Of a DNA stretch of 64,000 nt, positions 1-9,077 are shown piece after piece. Under the pieces are notes generated by a model, which had not been told where the DNA came from, ran no database searches, and saw nothing but the letters and a program-made list of their open reading frames with translations. The position numbers and the translations under genes are program-made. The DNA is from a virus (lineage: Duplodnaviria; Heunggongvirae; Uroviricota; Caudoviricetes): positions 496,711 through 560,710 of IMG/VR virus record IMGVR_UViG_3300015615_000629, one strand, 5' to 3'. Position 1 is the first letter of the stretch. Every line of letters begins with the position of its first letter.

Positions 1-86
1 ACAAGAACTTATGAAAAAGGCCGATGCTGAAACAATTCAACCTGACGCACTTTCCAATATTTCGAATTATTTTAAAAACAAATATG

Positions 87-1178
87 CTAACTAAGGAGCA
101 TTTTGTAATAATTAGCTTTACTTTCTACAGTAAGACTATTAATTAGACTTTCCTTTAACTTCTTCTTTTGAGATGAAGTTAAATTGTCATACATCTTGCT
201 GAATTCAAGATATGCTTCGGTCTTGCCGGCTGGCTCGTGCGGTTCGCGAGGCAGATGGCTTAATTCACCTACAGAACTCCAATCAACCTCATATGTTGGT
301 TCATCGGAGTCTTTTGGTTTTTCGGCTTTGGCTTTAGCTTTGGCTGATTTAGCGGCTTGTTTGGCAGCGGCTTTGGCGGCTCCGGCAGCAATTCGTTCTT
401 GTGCGGCTTTGGCGGCTGGAGTTTTATCTTTGGCAGGTCTGCCGCGTTTCTTTTTAGGCACTTCTGGAGTTGCCGGCATTGGTTCTGGTTCAGCAGAAGA
501 AATATTTGAACCTTTAAAATCAGGCATTTGAACATCCACATTAGAACTAGAACTTGGTTCATTAAATGTTGGAGGCGTAAATGTAGAAACATGCGAGCCG
601 AAATCTGGTTTAATTTCAGGTTCTTTAGTTGGCTCTATTTTTGGGCTTTCGGTTCTTGGAGGATTAACGCTTTTTACAACTTTAACGACATCGCCGACCG
701 CCTGCCTAGCGGCTACTCTTAAACCTTTTCTTAAATCTGCCATTCCAGCAGCAAAACCAGGAGCTGAGACATCAATGGTTTCAGAAATAACATTTATCCA
801 AGATTCAACGGATTCTTGAATCTTGAGATAAGTATCTAAATCAACACTTTCTGTCTTATAGGGTTCAGCTGGGCCACGTGCTCCATACCAAAAGTTCCGA
901 ACTGCTTGGCGGAACTTTGGCCAAAAGCCTGGCTGTGGGGCAGGCCCGTTAGGAACATTTACCTTATTGAAGAATTGCTTTACCAGTTTTTCCACCTCGG
1001 CGGCCAATTTAAGCCAAATTTGATTAAATTGACGTTCGGCAGAAATTTTAGTTTCTGTTGGCGGACCAGGAGGATCATTAGGAGGACTGGCCGCAGCTTT
1101 GGCATATCTTCCCTGATCTAGTGCTTCCTCTTCAGGTGCATGGGCTCTGGCAGCCATTTCTTCATTAAATAGTTTCAT
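87..1178 (-). CDS. hypothetical protein with AT-hook-like motif and Lys/Ala-rich histone-like segment
   Basis: 363-aa ORF; KKKRGRPAKDK followed by AAKAAAKQAAKSAKAKAKAEK; Pro-rich linkers. Confidence 0.6.
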   Translation of the reverse strand: MKLFNEEMAARAHAPEEEALDQGRYAKAAASPPNDPPGPPTETKISAERQFNQIWLKLAAEVEKLVKQFFNKVNVPNGPAPQPGFWPKFRQAVRNFWYGARGPAEPYKTESVDLDTYLKIQESVESWINVISETIDVSAPGFAAGMADLRKGLRVAARQAVGDVVKVVKSVNPPRTESPKIEPTKEPEIKPDFGSHVSTFTPPTFNEPSSSSNVDVQMPDFKGSNISSAEPEPMPATPEVPKKKRGRPAKDKTPAAKAAQERIAAGAAKAAAKQAAKSAKAKAKAEKPKDSDEPTYEVDWSSVGELSHLPREPHEPAGKTEAYLEFSKMYDNLTSSQKKKLKESLINSLTVESKANYYKMLLS

Positions 1179-1193
1179 AACACTATCTACGGA

Positions 1194-1430
1194 CTATCTA
1201 TTTAGATCTGAAAGTCTGTAGCCCATTTTTTTAAGGGTCATTAGGCAGTTATCAAACTTCTGGAAGGCACTGTCATAATATTCGAATTCTCTATCTTCGA
1301 ACATTTTTAGCCCAGATTCCTCCACTTCAAAGACGTATTTTCTGTCTTTCTTTGAAACCACCTTGTAGCCATGCATCAAAAGATACGCGGCTACGCCCAA
1401 ATCTTCAATGTCTTTACGTACTGTCTCCAT
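1194..1430 (-). CDS. DUF5659-like small phage protein
   Basis: 78 aa; DLGVAAYLLMHGYKVV ... YVFEV pattern resembles DUF5659 as recalled. Confidence 0.5.
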   Translation of the reverse strand: METVRKDIEDLGVAAYLLMHGYKVVSKKDRKYVFEVEESGLKMFEDREFEYYDSAFQKFDNCLMTLKKMGYRLSDLNR

Positions 1431-1468
1431 TGTTTCCTTTCATTTCTCTCTTGCCCCTTTTAAAATAG

Positions 1469-2029
1469 TTATTCGGGTAATTTTTCCGAAATATTCTTTA
1501 ATTCTGCTAAAATTTCCGACAACAAATCAACTTGTGTGGGCCTCTTAACAGGATTAAAATCCAAAACAGTCTTATCTCCAGAAAGATATTCAACTTCTTT
1601 CATATTGGCATAGAATTGATCTCTATCAGCAGGTTTAGTCCTAGCGTAAATTTTGTCATCGATGAACTTACGTGCTTCTCTAATTACCCTATTGTATTCT
1701 GCATCGCCTTTATTAGTTATCACAAAATTGGAACAATCTAATTTATTTTTAAAGTAATCTGTTCCTAATGTGCCAACTATCCATAGAACATCGTCGATTG
1801 TAAATTCAGTAGTTTGGCGTGGCTTTGGGGTATATTCTCTAGTATCGTAATTGATTCCAGTGAAAGCATTAGATTTAATCAAACAAAGGTTTCCATCATC
1901 GCTTTCTGTAAGATAGTCTATGTAAAGGCTGCGACGACAATGTTGTCCTTCTTTGTAAATTGGATATCTCTTGCCTTTTGTGAACCCCTTAAATGTGTAC
2001 ATGCACTCTTCAAACCATAATGGTTTCAT
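1469..2029 (-). CDS. hypothetical protein
   Basis: 186-aa ORF co-oriented with neighbours; no recognised motif. Confidence 0.6.
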   Translation of the reverse strand: MKPLWFEECMYTFKGFTKGKRYPIYKEGQHCRRSLYIDYLTESDDGNLCLIKSNAFTGINYDTREYTPKPRQTTEFTIDDVLWIVGTLGTDYFKNKLDCSNFVITNKGDAEYNRVIREARKFIDDKIYARTKPADRDQFYANMKEVEYLSGDKTVLDFNPVKRPTQVDLLSEILAELKNISEKLPE

Positions 2030-2066
2030 AAAATTCTCCCTTTCTAAGTGGATTTTATTTACTAAC

Positions 2067-3080
2067 TTAACCCGATGCTTCAGCCGCTACTAAACATCCT
2101 TTAGCAACGCTGAATAATGGGTCTTCCGGTCTAACGACCGCACCGATATCGATTGACAAATTAGCCTTTCGAATCGTTGATTCAAATAGTTTATCAAAGC
2201 CGTTTGGCAAGCTAGTTCCGCCTGCCAATACAACATCTACAGGATGTTCTGTTTTTGCTTTGTTCCCTACTGATTCAATTCCTTTCTTAATTTCTGCTAC
2301 TGTTTTTTCTATCATGATTTCATATTGAGTCCTAATGGCTCTATGAATCATATTGTTTGGCTCAACTGTGAAATCTATTTTCTCTTTTTCCTTATTGATA
2401 AATGTGGGTGATTCACCAACAGCTTTGGCAGCTTGCTTATCAATCCAGTCCCCACTGTTTACAATTGAAAATTGGAACGCAGGAGCACCAAAAATAGAAT
2501 AACAAACGTTAACTTGGCCCGACCCACAGCTTACTCCAACGCCCGTATATCCCTTCTTTCCTAACTCCGCATACACTACAGCCAGTCCTTCATTAATAGG
2601 TCTTGGCTCTAATTTAAGCCCAGTCTTGCTCTTATAAGCCCTAAAAATAGCTTCTAATATTTTTGAGTGATAGTCGGCATCGGTTTCTTTATTGATGGCA
2701 TTGGCAGGAACACTAAAGCATAATATTTGATTACTGCCTTCAATTTCTCCAACAAGACTGTGAAGCATGATGCTTAAAATCTGTTGAGCGTTCTTCTCTT
2801 TAGGATTCAAGCATCCATCCGTCATGGGACGCTTTAATTCCAACTGATTCATTGTATAGGCAATATTTAAAGCAGATTCGCCAAGAGCATAAGCGATGTT
2901 TTGTTCTGGACGCTCGATAAGGGGAACGCCAGCATTTTTCATCATGTTGAATACAAAACGGTTTTCTAGTGGCATTTCCAAGAATGCATTAACTTCTCGC
3001 TTATAAACAAAATTATTGTCTTTATCCCTGCGACTACAAACTAGGTTGTAGGTTCCGCAATCCATACCAATTGCACTCAT
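2067..3080 (-). CDS. actin-like ATPase (MreB/ParM/FtsA superfamily)
   Basis: Phosphate-1 IGMDCGTYN, connect-1 INEGLAV, phosphate-2-like GVSCGSGQVN, adenosine VVLAGGTS, connect-2 SVAKGCL; 337 aa. Confidence 0.8.
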   Translation of the reverse strand: MSAIGMDCGTYNLVCSRRDKDNNFVYKREVNAFLEMPLENRFVFNMMKNAGVPLIERPEQNIAYALGESALNIAYTMNQLELKRPMTDGCLNPKEKNAQQILSIMLHSLVGEIEGSNQILCFSVPANAINKETDADYHSKILEAIFRAYKSKTGLKLEPRPINEGLAVVYAELGKKGYTGVGVSCGSGQVNVCYSIFGAPAFQFSIVNSGDWIDKQAAKAVGESPTFINKEKEKIDFTVEPNNMIHRAIRTQYEIMIEKTVAEIKKGIESVGNKAKTEHPVDVVLAGGTSLPNGFDKLFESTIRKANLSIDIGAVVRPEDPLFSVAKGCLVAAEASG

Positions 3081-3292
3081 ACTTGTCTCCCAAATTCTAT
3101 TTTCTCAGACGTAAAATCGGGTATTTCCCATTTAATCTTATCGTCTTCTTTCTTTTCTTCCTTGGCTCCTACTACATTTACACTAATCCCGTCCGCATTG
3201 ATGTTTATGTCAAGCTCTATGGCAATGTTCACATTACACTCACCATTTTTGGTGACTACTTGAACATCTCTTAATTTCATGTGACTAGGCAT
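3077..3292 (-). CDS. small hypothetical protein coupled to the actin-like gene
   Basis: 71-aa ORF overlapping the actin-like start by 4 bp. Confidence 0.55.
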   Translation of the reverse strand: MPSHMKLRDVQVVTKNGECNVNIAIELDININADGISVNVVGAKEEKKEDDKIKWEIPDFTSEKIEFGRQV

Positions 3293-3313
3293 ATGTTGTT
3301 ATATATCAAGTGG

Positions 3314-4273
3314 TTACAGATTATTAGCGTCCCATTTTGAAAACATTTCTTCTATTCCCGTCAATAACATTTTTGATGTAATTTCGGTTAGACAAGGTTT
3401 TGGAGTCTTTTTTGTCTTTGGGCAATTAGGCCATTCGTAACAAGGACCACAATCCCAATCTCCATTATCTCTATGTTTTTGCACTAAGACGGAATCAAAA
3501 TATTTTCCATAAACTTTACCATCGGCGAATGTGAAAATTCCCATTAAGGGTTTTTTTAGTCCGCCAGCAGCGTGGTAGGCAGCCGTATCTACCGATATCA
3601 CGTAATCGGCAGCATCAATGTAGGCAAGCCATTCCTGTAATGAGTTTGGATTAATTACAGGAATATCTAAATCTAATTGAGTATTGTGTAAGGCATAAAC
3701 ATAACAATCCCTCTTCTTAAGTTCCTTCAAGATAGTTTCATTATGTCCAGGCAAAAGATTCTTAACCACCATAGCAGATACAGGACAGTAGGCCACTTTA
3801 ATCTTGTCAGTGTCTATCTTTACCTTTTTCTGTATTTGTATATGCATTTCATGCTTGGTTAATTCAACGCCACAATAATTCGCCCAAATATCACTTCTGT
3901 GAAGGCTGGAATAAGGTGCCATATGGGTTTCAAATCTGCCGCAGATGCTAGTGGTTTCATAGGCACACACGTAGTCGTTAATGCTTAATGCATCAGGAGT
4001 TGCGTCTAGCATCTCAGAATCAAAGACCTTATCTAAGAATGGATGGTCTATAACTGCGTCGAGATATTGTTTGGGGCAGGCGAAATGAAGTTCTATATCT
4101 GGACAGATTAGTTTAAAGTCTTCAAAAATCATACGATGCATTAGGATATCGCCTAATCCACCGGTTCTTCGTCTAACCAAAACTTTATTTCTTTTATTGT
4201 AAAAATCACGTAAAGTTGTGATTTTCTTGGTAGGTAGCGTCTTTTTTGATCTCACAACATATAATAGAAACAA
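3314..4273 (-). CDS. glycosyltransferase family 9 (heptosyltransferase-like)
   Basis: RRTGGLGDILM N-terminal motif; ADYVISVDTAAYHAAGGLKKPLMGIF GT9 motif; C-terminal CGPC...C...C; true start may be slightly downstream. Confidence 0.85.
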   Translation of the reverse strand: MFLLYVVRSKKTLPTKKITTLRDFYNKRNKVLVRRRTGGLGDILMHRMIFEDFKLICPDIELHFACPKQYLDAVIDHPFLDKVFDSEMLDATPDALSINDYVCAYETTSICGRFETHMAPYSSLHRSDIWANYCGVELTKHEMHIQIQKKVKIDTDKIKVAYCPVSAMVVKNLLPGHNETILKELKKRDCYVYALHNTQLDLDIPVINPNSLQEWLAYIDAADYVISVDTAAYHAAGGLKKPLMGIFTFADGKVYGKYFDSVLVQKHRDNGDWDCGPCYEWPNCPKTKKTPKPCLTEITSKMLLTGIEEMFSKWDANNL

Positions 4274-4309
4274 AAAAAATAAGCCTGCTTTTGGCAGGCT
4301 TATTTTTTT
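4272..4309. terminator. bidirectional intrinsic terminator
   Basis: A8-TAAGCCTGC-TTTTG-GCAGGCTTA-T7 inverted repeat directly after the 4328-4930 gene. Confidence 0.8.
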
Positions 4310-4327
4310 ATATTTGTAAGTTAAGCG

Positions 4328-4930
4328 TTAGCTGTTGCTTACGGACTTGACACCAAGGAGCACTTCAACAGAGCTAACCTGAGCAGCACCGGAGAAAGAG
4401 TTATCAAACTCAATCTTCGTAACGCTCATGTCGCCCGGCTCGAAAGCCTGAACAGAAGCCTTGTCCAAGGTGAACACGGCGGTTCCATTCAAACGAACCT
4501 TAATGGCATCGCTTGTATCAGTGTTTTGCAACTGAACGAAGCGAGCAGCAGCACCATAGGTAGCAACAATGTCTAGGGACATGTTGTCGTCAGTATAGGT
4601 TTCACCAATACCAACAACACCCGTTCCGGCAGCACCTGGAAGCCAGACAACCGGATAAGTGTTTTCGCTTTCAACATCCGACCAAACCGTGCCGTCATCG
4701 CTGACAACTTCGAGAATGGCGTCCTGATAAGAAACTTGCGGATAGCAAAAACGCTTGTAATAGTTACTGTCAGTAAACGTTTCACCGTCATTTAGAAGGC
4801 GATTCACCTTCTTCGGACCCATAATGTAAACGGTACGCTGCTTGCTGGTCGTAGCCTGCAAACCAGTCGAAGGATCAATATCCAACAAACCTTGCGAACC
4901 GTTGTTCAACTTAACACGAAATGTACTCAT
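4328..4930 (-). CDS. hypothetical beta-rich protein, possibly virion structural
   Basis: 200 aa, Ser/Thr/Val-rich; GGAGAG RBS upstream and its own terminator. Confidence 0.6.
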   Translation of the reverse strand: MSTFRVKLNNGSQGLLDIDPSTGLQATTSKQRTVYIMGPKKVNRLLNDGETFTDSNYYKRFCYPQVSYQDAILEVVSDDGTVWSDVESENTYPVVWLPGAAGTGVVGIGETYTDDNMSLDIVATYGAAARFVQLQNTDTSDAIKVRLNGTAVFTLDKASVQAFEPGDMSVTKIEFDNSFSGAAQVSSVEVLLGVKSVSNS

Positions 4931-4975
4931 TTAATTTCTCTCCATTTATAAAACTCTGCCACTGTCTTCGTAAAT

Positions 4976-5569
4976 CTATATAGATTTAATCTCACAAAGA
5001 GGGAAAAGTTTTTGGAATAAATTCGTCCCAATTCCTGTTGAATATAAGGTAATTTTTTTTCCAGATATGGCTGCTTGGCTTAAATCTGTGTTTTCGACCC
5101 CTAAAACCCAGGATGCTTCTTCTTTCGAAGAAACCTCTTGAAAGCCATTTGATAAAGCATAACTCCTTGCTACATCAGGGTTTGTTGAATGGGTCGGGAG
5201 TTGACCTTGGCAATTAACAAAGAAGGTTTTTTCTTTAGAGTTATTTTTTGGAAAAGACGTAATGTTGATATTTGACTCAAGCAATAGACCGCTTATGGGA
5301 TGTGTAATCATATTACATCTTATTTCTTTCATTAGGGCAAAACTTTTCTTAGACAATCTAGAGAATTCAGTAAAGGAGAGAACTTTGTTAAATAGGATGA
5401 GATGTTTTTTATTGTCATTGCAGCAAATAGTAAGATCGATACCTGGAAGTTGTTCTTTAACAAAATTAAGACAATAATCGAGAAGGACTAGATACTCATC
5501 ACAGGCACCAAAATAAGATATGCAAGCATTGTTTCTTATTAAACAGTAGTCTTTGAAAGGTACAGCCAT
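4976..5569 (-). CDS. degenerate GT-B/GT9-like protein
   Basis: ASWVLGVENTDLSQAAISGKKITLY echoes the GT9 motif (xxIGxDSGxxHxAxAxGxP). Confidence 0.45.
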   Translation of the reverse strand: MAVPFKDYCLIRNNACISYFGACDEYLVLLDYCLNFVKEQLPGIDLTICCNDNKKHLILFNKVLSFTEFSRLSKKSFALMKEIRCNMITHPISGLLLESNINITSFPKNNSKEKTFFVNCQGQLPTHSTNPDVARSYALSNGFQEVSSKEEASWVLGVENTDLSQAAISGKKITLYSTGIGTNLFQKLFPLCEIKSI

Positions 5570-5685
5570 GATATCCGAACAAGATAAAATACTAGCTCTT
5601 GATAGCGTAAATGATTTTTTTAAACAATTTAACCAAGATGTCTATACTAAGATAGTGCTCGAAGAATTCTTTCAAAGGCTTTTAA

Positions 5686-6018
5686 ATGAAAACATACCTA
5701 TATCTGGCGAAAAGGGACAAGAAGGGAATTAAACTTCTTGCCACGTTTCCTGGGAATACCAACCCAATAAAAGTAGAAGATATTGGTAAATTAAAATTAC
5801 CAGAAAATGTAAAAACCGAAATTTTAAATTCTATAAATCAGAATAGAATGTTGTATGAGACATGGATGGAATCGGCAGAAAACTATCAAAAATTAAAAGA
5901 AAACTTAACTAGAAGAGGTTTTTCTAACTTATCATCTTATGTTCCACCGGAACACTTTGTACCAGGAAAGGTGGAACATAAAATAAAAACGGTTAAGTCG
6001 ATGCTAAGAAAGAGTTAG
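5686..6018 (+). CDS. hypothetical protein
   Basis: 110-aa ORF filling the gap between minus-strand genes. Confidence 0.6.
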   Translation: MKTYLYLAKRDKKGIKLLATFPGNTNPIKVEDIGKLKLPENVKTEILNSINQNRMLYETWMESAENYQKLKENLTRRGFSNLSSYVPPEHFVPGKVEHKIKTVKSMLRKS

Positions 6019-6317
6019 TCTTCTTCTTTTTCTTGAATATATTGTTTATGAACAAAGAAAGAGCCTTTAGAAGTTTCGATTAAGACTTGTTTGCCGTCTA
6101 CATCGGAAACTGTGCCGCCATTTTTGTCAAAATCAGCAATAATATCTTCAAACTCGCCGTCTTCTACTAATATTTTATTCCCAAATCTTTTAATGGGAAC
6201 TTTACTTTCAACGGTAAGCCCTACTAGATTCTTCTTTTTAAAGCCGTAGCCTTCAAAGTCAGGTTGATTTTGCATCCATTTCTTAAATTCATCTGGGCAA
6301 AAGTTATTGTCCATCAA
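6015..6317 (-). CDS. hypothetical protein
   Basis: 100-aa ORF overlapping the upstream gene end. Confidence 0.6.
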   Translation of the reverse strand: MMDNNFCPDEFKKWMQNQPDFEGYGFKKKNLVGLTVESKVPIKRFGNKILVEDGEFEDIIADFDKNGGTVSDVDGKQVLIETSKGSFFVHKQYIQEKEED

Positions 6318-7164
6318 ATTTACCTTTCAAAAAATCCAATATTAAACTTTCATTTATATATTCTGAATAAACAAACTTTGGTCCGTGCCCTGTCATTCCA
6401 ATAGAAACTCCTGTCGTTTTTAACCAATACAAATTAGAATTAATCAGATTGTGAGATATCATTTGTTGTGGATATGTCCACAATCCGTTTTCCAATTGGA
6501 TGGCTGCTGGCCTTTCATCCTTAAAAACATCATCGCAACAGAACATTAAAAGTCTTCGAACATTGCACCTATAAGCCAAACCAATGGCGGCACAAATTGC
6601 GTTTCTATAATCGTCTATGTAGTAATTTGGCTGTTCAAAAGGAGTCTTGTAATAGTTGTTGTAGGCTGGAATGTATAGGTATTTGTCACCAGGATAGCAC
6701 TCTAGAAATTCTGGGTATGTCCTACTAGATGCGATACAAGGCGGAAAATAACGATGTGTCTTTGGTAAAAACGATAGGCTTTCGGTAAATGGGTTATTTA
6801 AAACATAGTAATTAATAGAACGTTTTGGATCGTTCTTAATTAAATCCCATTTCTTTAGAGCCCCATTGACAGCAAAGATAGCCGCTGTTTTATAGGGAAT
6901 CTCAGCCAGATGGCGATGTAGATTATTGAAATTGTAACCATCTGATACAATGATTATTGATTCAAAAGATAAATGTTCATTGTCAATTCTGGGATATTTG
7001 CGTCTTCTATTGGTTATCTCATTGCCAAAAAACACATCAAAATCTTGCTTATTTGATGTGTTAATATCGACATTAGCAGTATTGAGCCGTGTGAAATCAC
7101 GAACCCAGATATTATCTTCACTCAGATAATATTGATTTTTGTTAGGATGTTTTTTTATTCTCAT
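6304..7164 (-). CDS. Maf/MptE-like (DUF115-type) glycosyltransferase-fold protein
   Basis: IIIVSDGYNF, IFAVNGA and NAICAAIGLAYRCNVRRLLMFCCD resemble the GxGPSL / IxxN / A(L)xLAxxxGxxxIxLxGxD pattern, but degenerate. Confidence 0.5.
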   Translation of the reverse strand: MRIKKHPNKNQYYLSEDNIWVRDFTRLNTANVDINTSNKQDFDVFFGNEITNRRRKYPRIDNEHLSFESIIIVSDGYNFNNLHRHLAEIPYKTAAIFAVNGALKKWDLIKNDPKRSINYYVLNNPFTESLSFLPKTHRYFPPCIASSRTYPEFLECYPGDKYLYIPAYNNYYKTPFEQPNYYIDDYRNAICAAIGLAYRCNVRRLLMFCCDDVFKDERPAAIQLENGLWTYPQQMISHNLINSNLYWLKTTGVSIGMTGHGPKFVYSEYINESLILDFLKGKFDGQ

Positions 7165-9074
7165 TTTCTAGGACAGGGAACCATAGTGAAGCAGAATGGT
7201 TCTTCCCCATCATCTCCACCAAGGGTTTTTTGTAATTGAAGCGGTATCGGCCCGCCTTTATAAACTAGTTCTATTTGAGCATTTTCAGGAAGCACCAACG
7301 GAATTGATTTGGGGAAATCAGATATTACCGTTACCACGCTCGGCATTCCCACTACTACAATCTCTTTTGGCAAGTCCCCAACATCAAGTTTAATGGAAGA
7401 TGGGAAATTATCAGGAATTTCCAATCTAATGGCATCGGGAACAGCAGAAGCATCTAAAACAATGGATTTAGGCAAGTCTGTAGCGTCGATACGGATTAAT
7501 TCAGGCAAGGAATCATTAACTACTCTAATTTCGGTTGGAATAGGGATTTCTGGGCCGATGATATGAATGTCTTTAAATTCGGCCTGAACTAATTTAATTT
7601 CCATTGGAATATCGTGCAAAACACGAATATCGGGAATTTCAGGCGGAAGTATCTTTATTTCCGATGGAATTCCCAAATCATTAAGTTCTAATGAAACCGG
7701 TTCGAAACTATCTTGAAACTCTTCATCGGCTCTAGCCCTAAATGGCGTAGCACTAGGACAGACTACAGTTACGACACAGGACAGAACAGGCGGATCTCCG
7801 GAAACACCACCCCAATCTACTACAAGAATAGGTGTAATAGATGGCCACACCAAAAGGACTGTTGAAATCGTTGTTGTCAAGGAGACATTTATTGGATTAA
7901 CCGTTATGCTAACCTCAACAGGGTCGATATTAATTGGATCGAATGATGGTGGAGTTTCAAAACCGATTGGGTCAAAAGACGGAGTCGGTTCAAAACTTAC
8001 CGGATCTAAACTCACATCTAGATGAACAGTAATTTCGGGCGTCGGCCCAAATTCAATCAAAGTTGGAATAAAGGGTGCCGGCCCAAACAATATTGGCCCA
8101 AATGTTGGAGCATCAATAAACGTAATAACACTAGGAATTGTAATCGGTGTGATTGATATAGTATCCGGAATTGGTGGATCAATTGTAATGACAGACGGAA
8201 CATCAAGAATTGCACCTCCACACGGCAATACAATTTGAGGTAACGTAATCGTAGTCTCTGGCACCGTTACATTAGGAATAACAATATCAGGAAACGGTTG
8301 AACTTCCGGAATGGGTATTTCAAATGGTTCTTCAGGTAAAGCCGCATCCGGAGATTCAGGCGTGTTTCTAACAGTTGGCGTTTGAACCAATTGGCAATTA
8401 GCATTGGCTATAGTAATAACCGGATCAATCGTCGCATTTGGAGCATAAGTATGCGTTCCTGATTGAGGAGACGTAGTAAAATTACCATCCCCAAAATCTA
8501 ACCTAAATTCAGTAAAACTACCAGTAATTTGAAGATCGTAAGTAGCAGTCGGTCCTTCGCAAGATGTTTCTGAAGTAGTTACCTCAAATCCAAATGTAAC
8601 ATCGGGACAATTAGCATCATTTAAACAGTCTGCTTCTGCTGCTAGGTCGTCAAGTCTACAAATAATAGAATCATCGTGAACACAAGCAACAAAGTTTTCG
8701 ATAGCCAAGATGGCATCCACTAGCTGATTGTGTTGTTCAGCTATCACAAATCCACGAACCCAAGTACCAGCAGGATTAAATTTAGTCTTTTTGCCGCCTA
8801 AGTTCCTGGCACATCTCTTTAACTTGAAAATCTTGCCATTTATATCTTTTTCAACAGAATCATAGTAAAATAACTCTCCAGAAATGTTAGCAAATCCATT
8901 ATCTGCCCATATTTCAAGTTCGTCTTCCCCAACAGGCTCTATAGTTAACTCTTCAGACCAAGGCGTATTGTCAACTACCAATTCTGCTTCAGAAGTGTTG
9001 TAAACTTTGAAAAGAGTCCTATCGGAATCTAATCCGGTTGGATAGACAATGGCTGGGGGAAAACCTATACTCAT
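7161..9074 (-). CDS. PKD-domain, Pro-rich repeat virion protein (fibre-like)
   Basis: N-terminal domain shared with the next two genes (YP..LD.D ... V.AEQHN..DA..IE); DFGDG PKD motif; Pro/Ile repeats. Confidence 0.65.
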   Translation of the reverse strand: MSIGFPPAIVYPTGLDSDRTLFKVYNTSEAELVVDNTPWSEELTIEPVGEDELEIWADNGFANISGELFYYDSVEKDINGKIFKLKRCARNLGGKKTKFNPAGTWVRGFVIAEQHNQLVDAILAIENFVACVHDDSIICRLDDLAAEADCLNDANCPDVTFGFEVTTSETSCEGPTATYDLQITGSFTEFRLDFGDGNFTTSPQSGTHTYAPNATIDPVITIANANCQLVQTPTVRNTPESPDAALPEEPFEIPIPEVQPFPDIVIPNVTVPETTITLPQIVLPCGGAILDVPSVITIDPPIPDTISITPITIPSVITFIDAPTFGPILFGPAPFIPTLIEFGPTPEITVHLDVSLDPVSFEPTPSFDPIGFETPPSFDPINIDPVEVSITVNPINVSLTTTISTVLLVWPSITPILVVDWGGVSGDPPVLSCVVTVVCPSATPFRARADEEFQDSFEPVSLELNDLGIPSEIKILPPEIPDIRVLHDIPMEIKLVQAEFKDIHIIGPEIPIPTEIRVVNDSLPELIRIDATDLPKSIVLDASAVPDAIRLEIPDNFPSSIKLDVGDLPKEIVVVGMPSVVTVISDFPKSIPLVLPENAQIELVYKGGPIPLQLQKTLGGDDGEEPFCFTMVPCPRK

Positions 9075-9077
9075 GTA

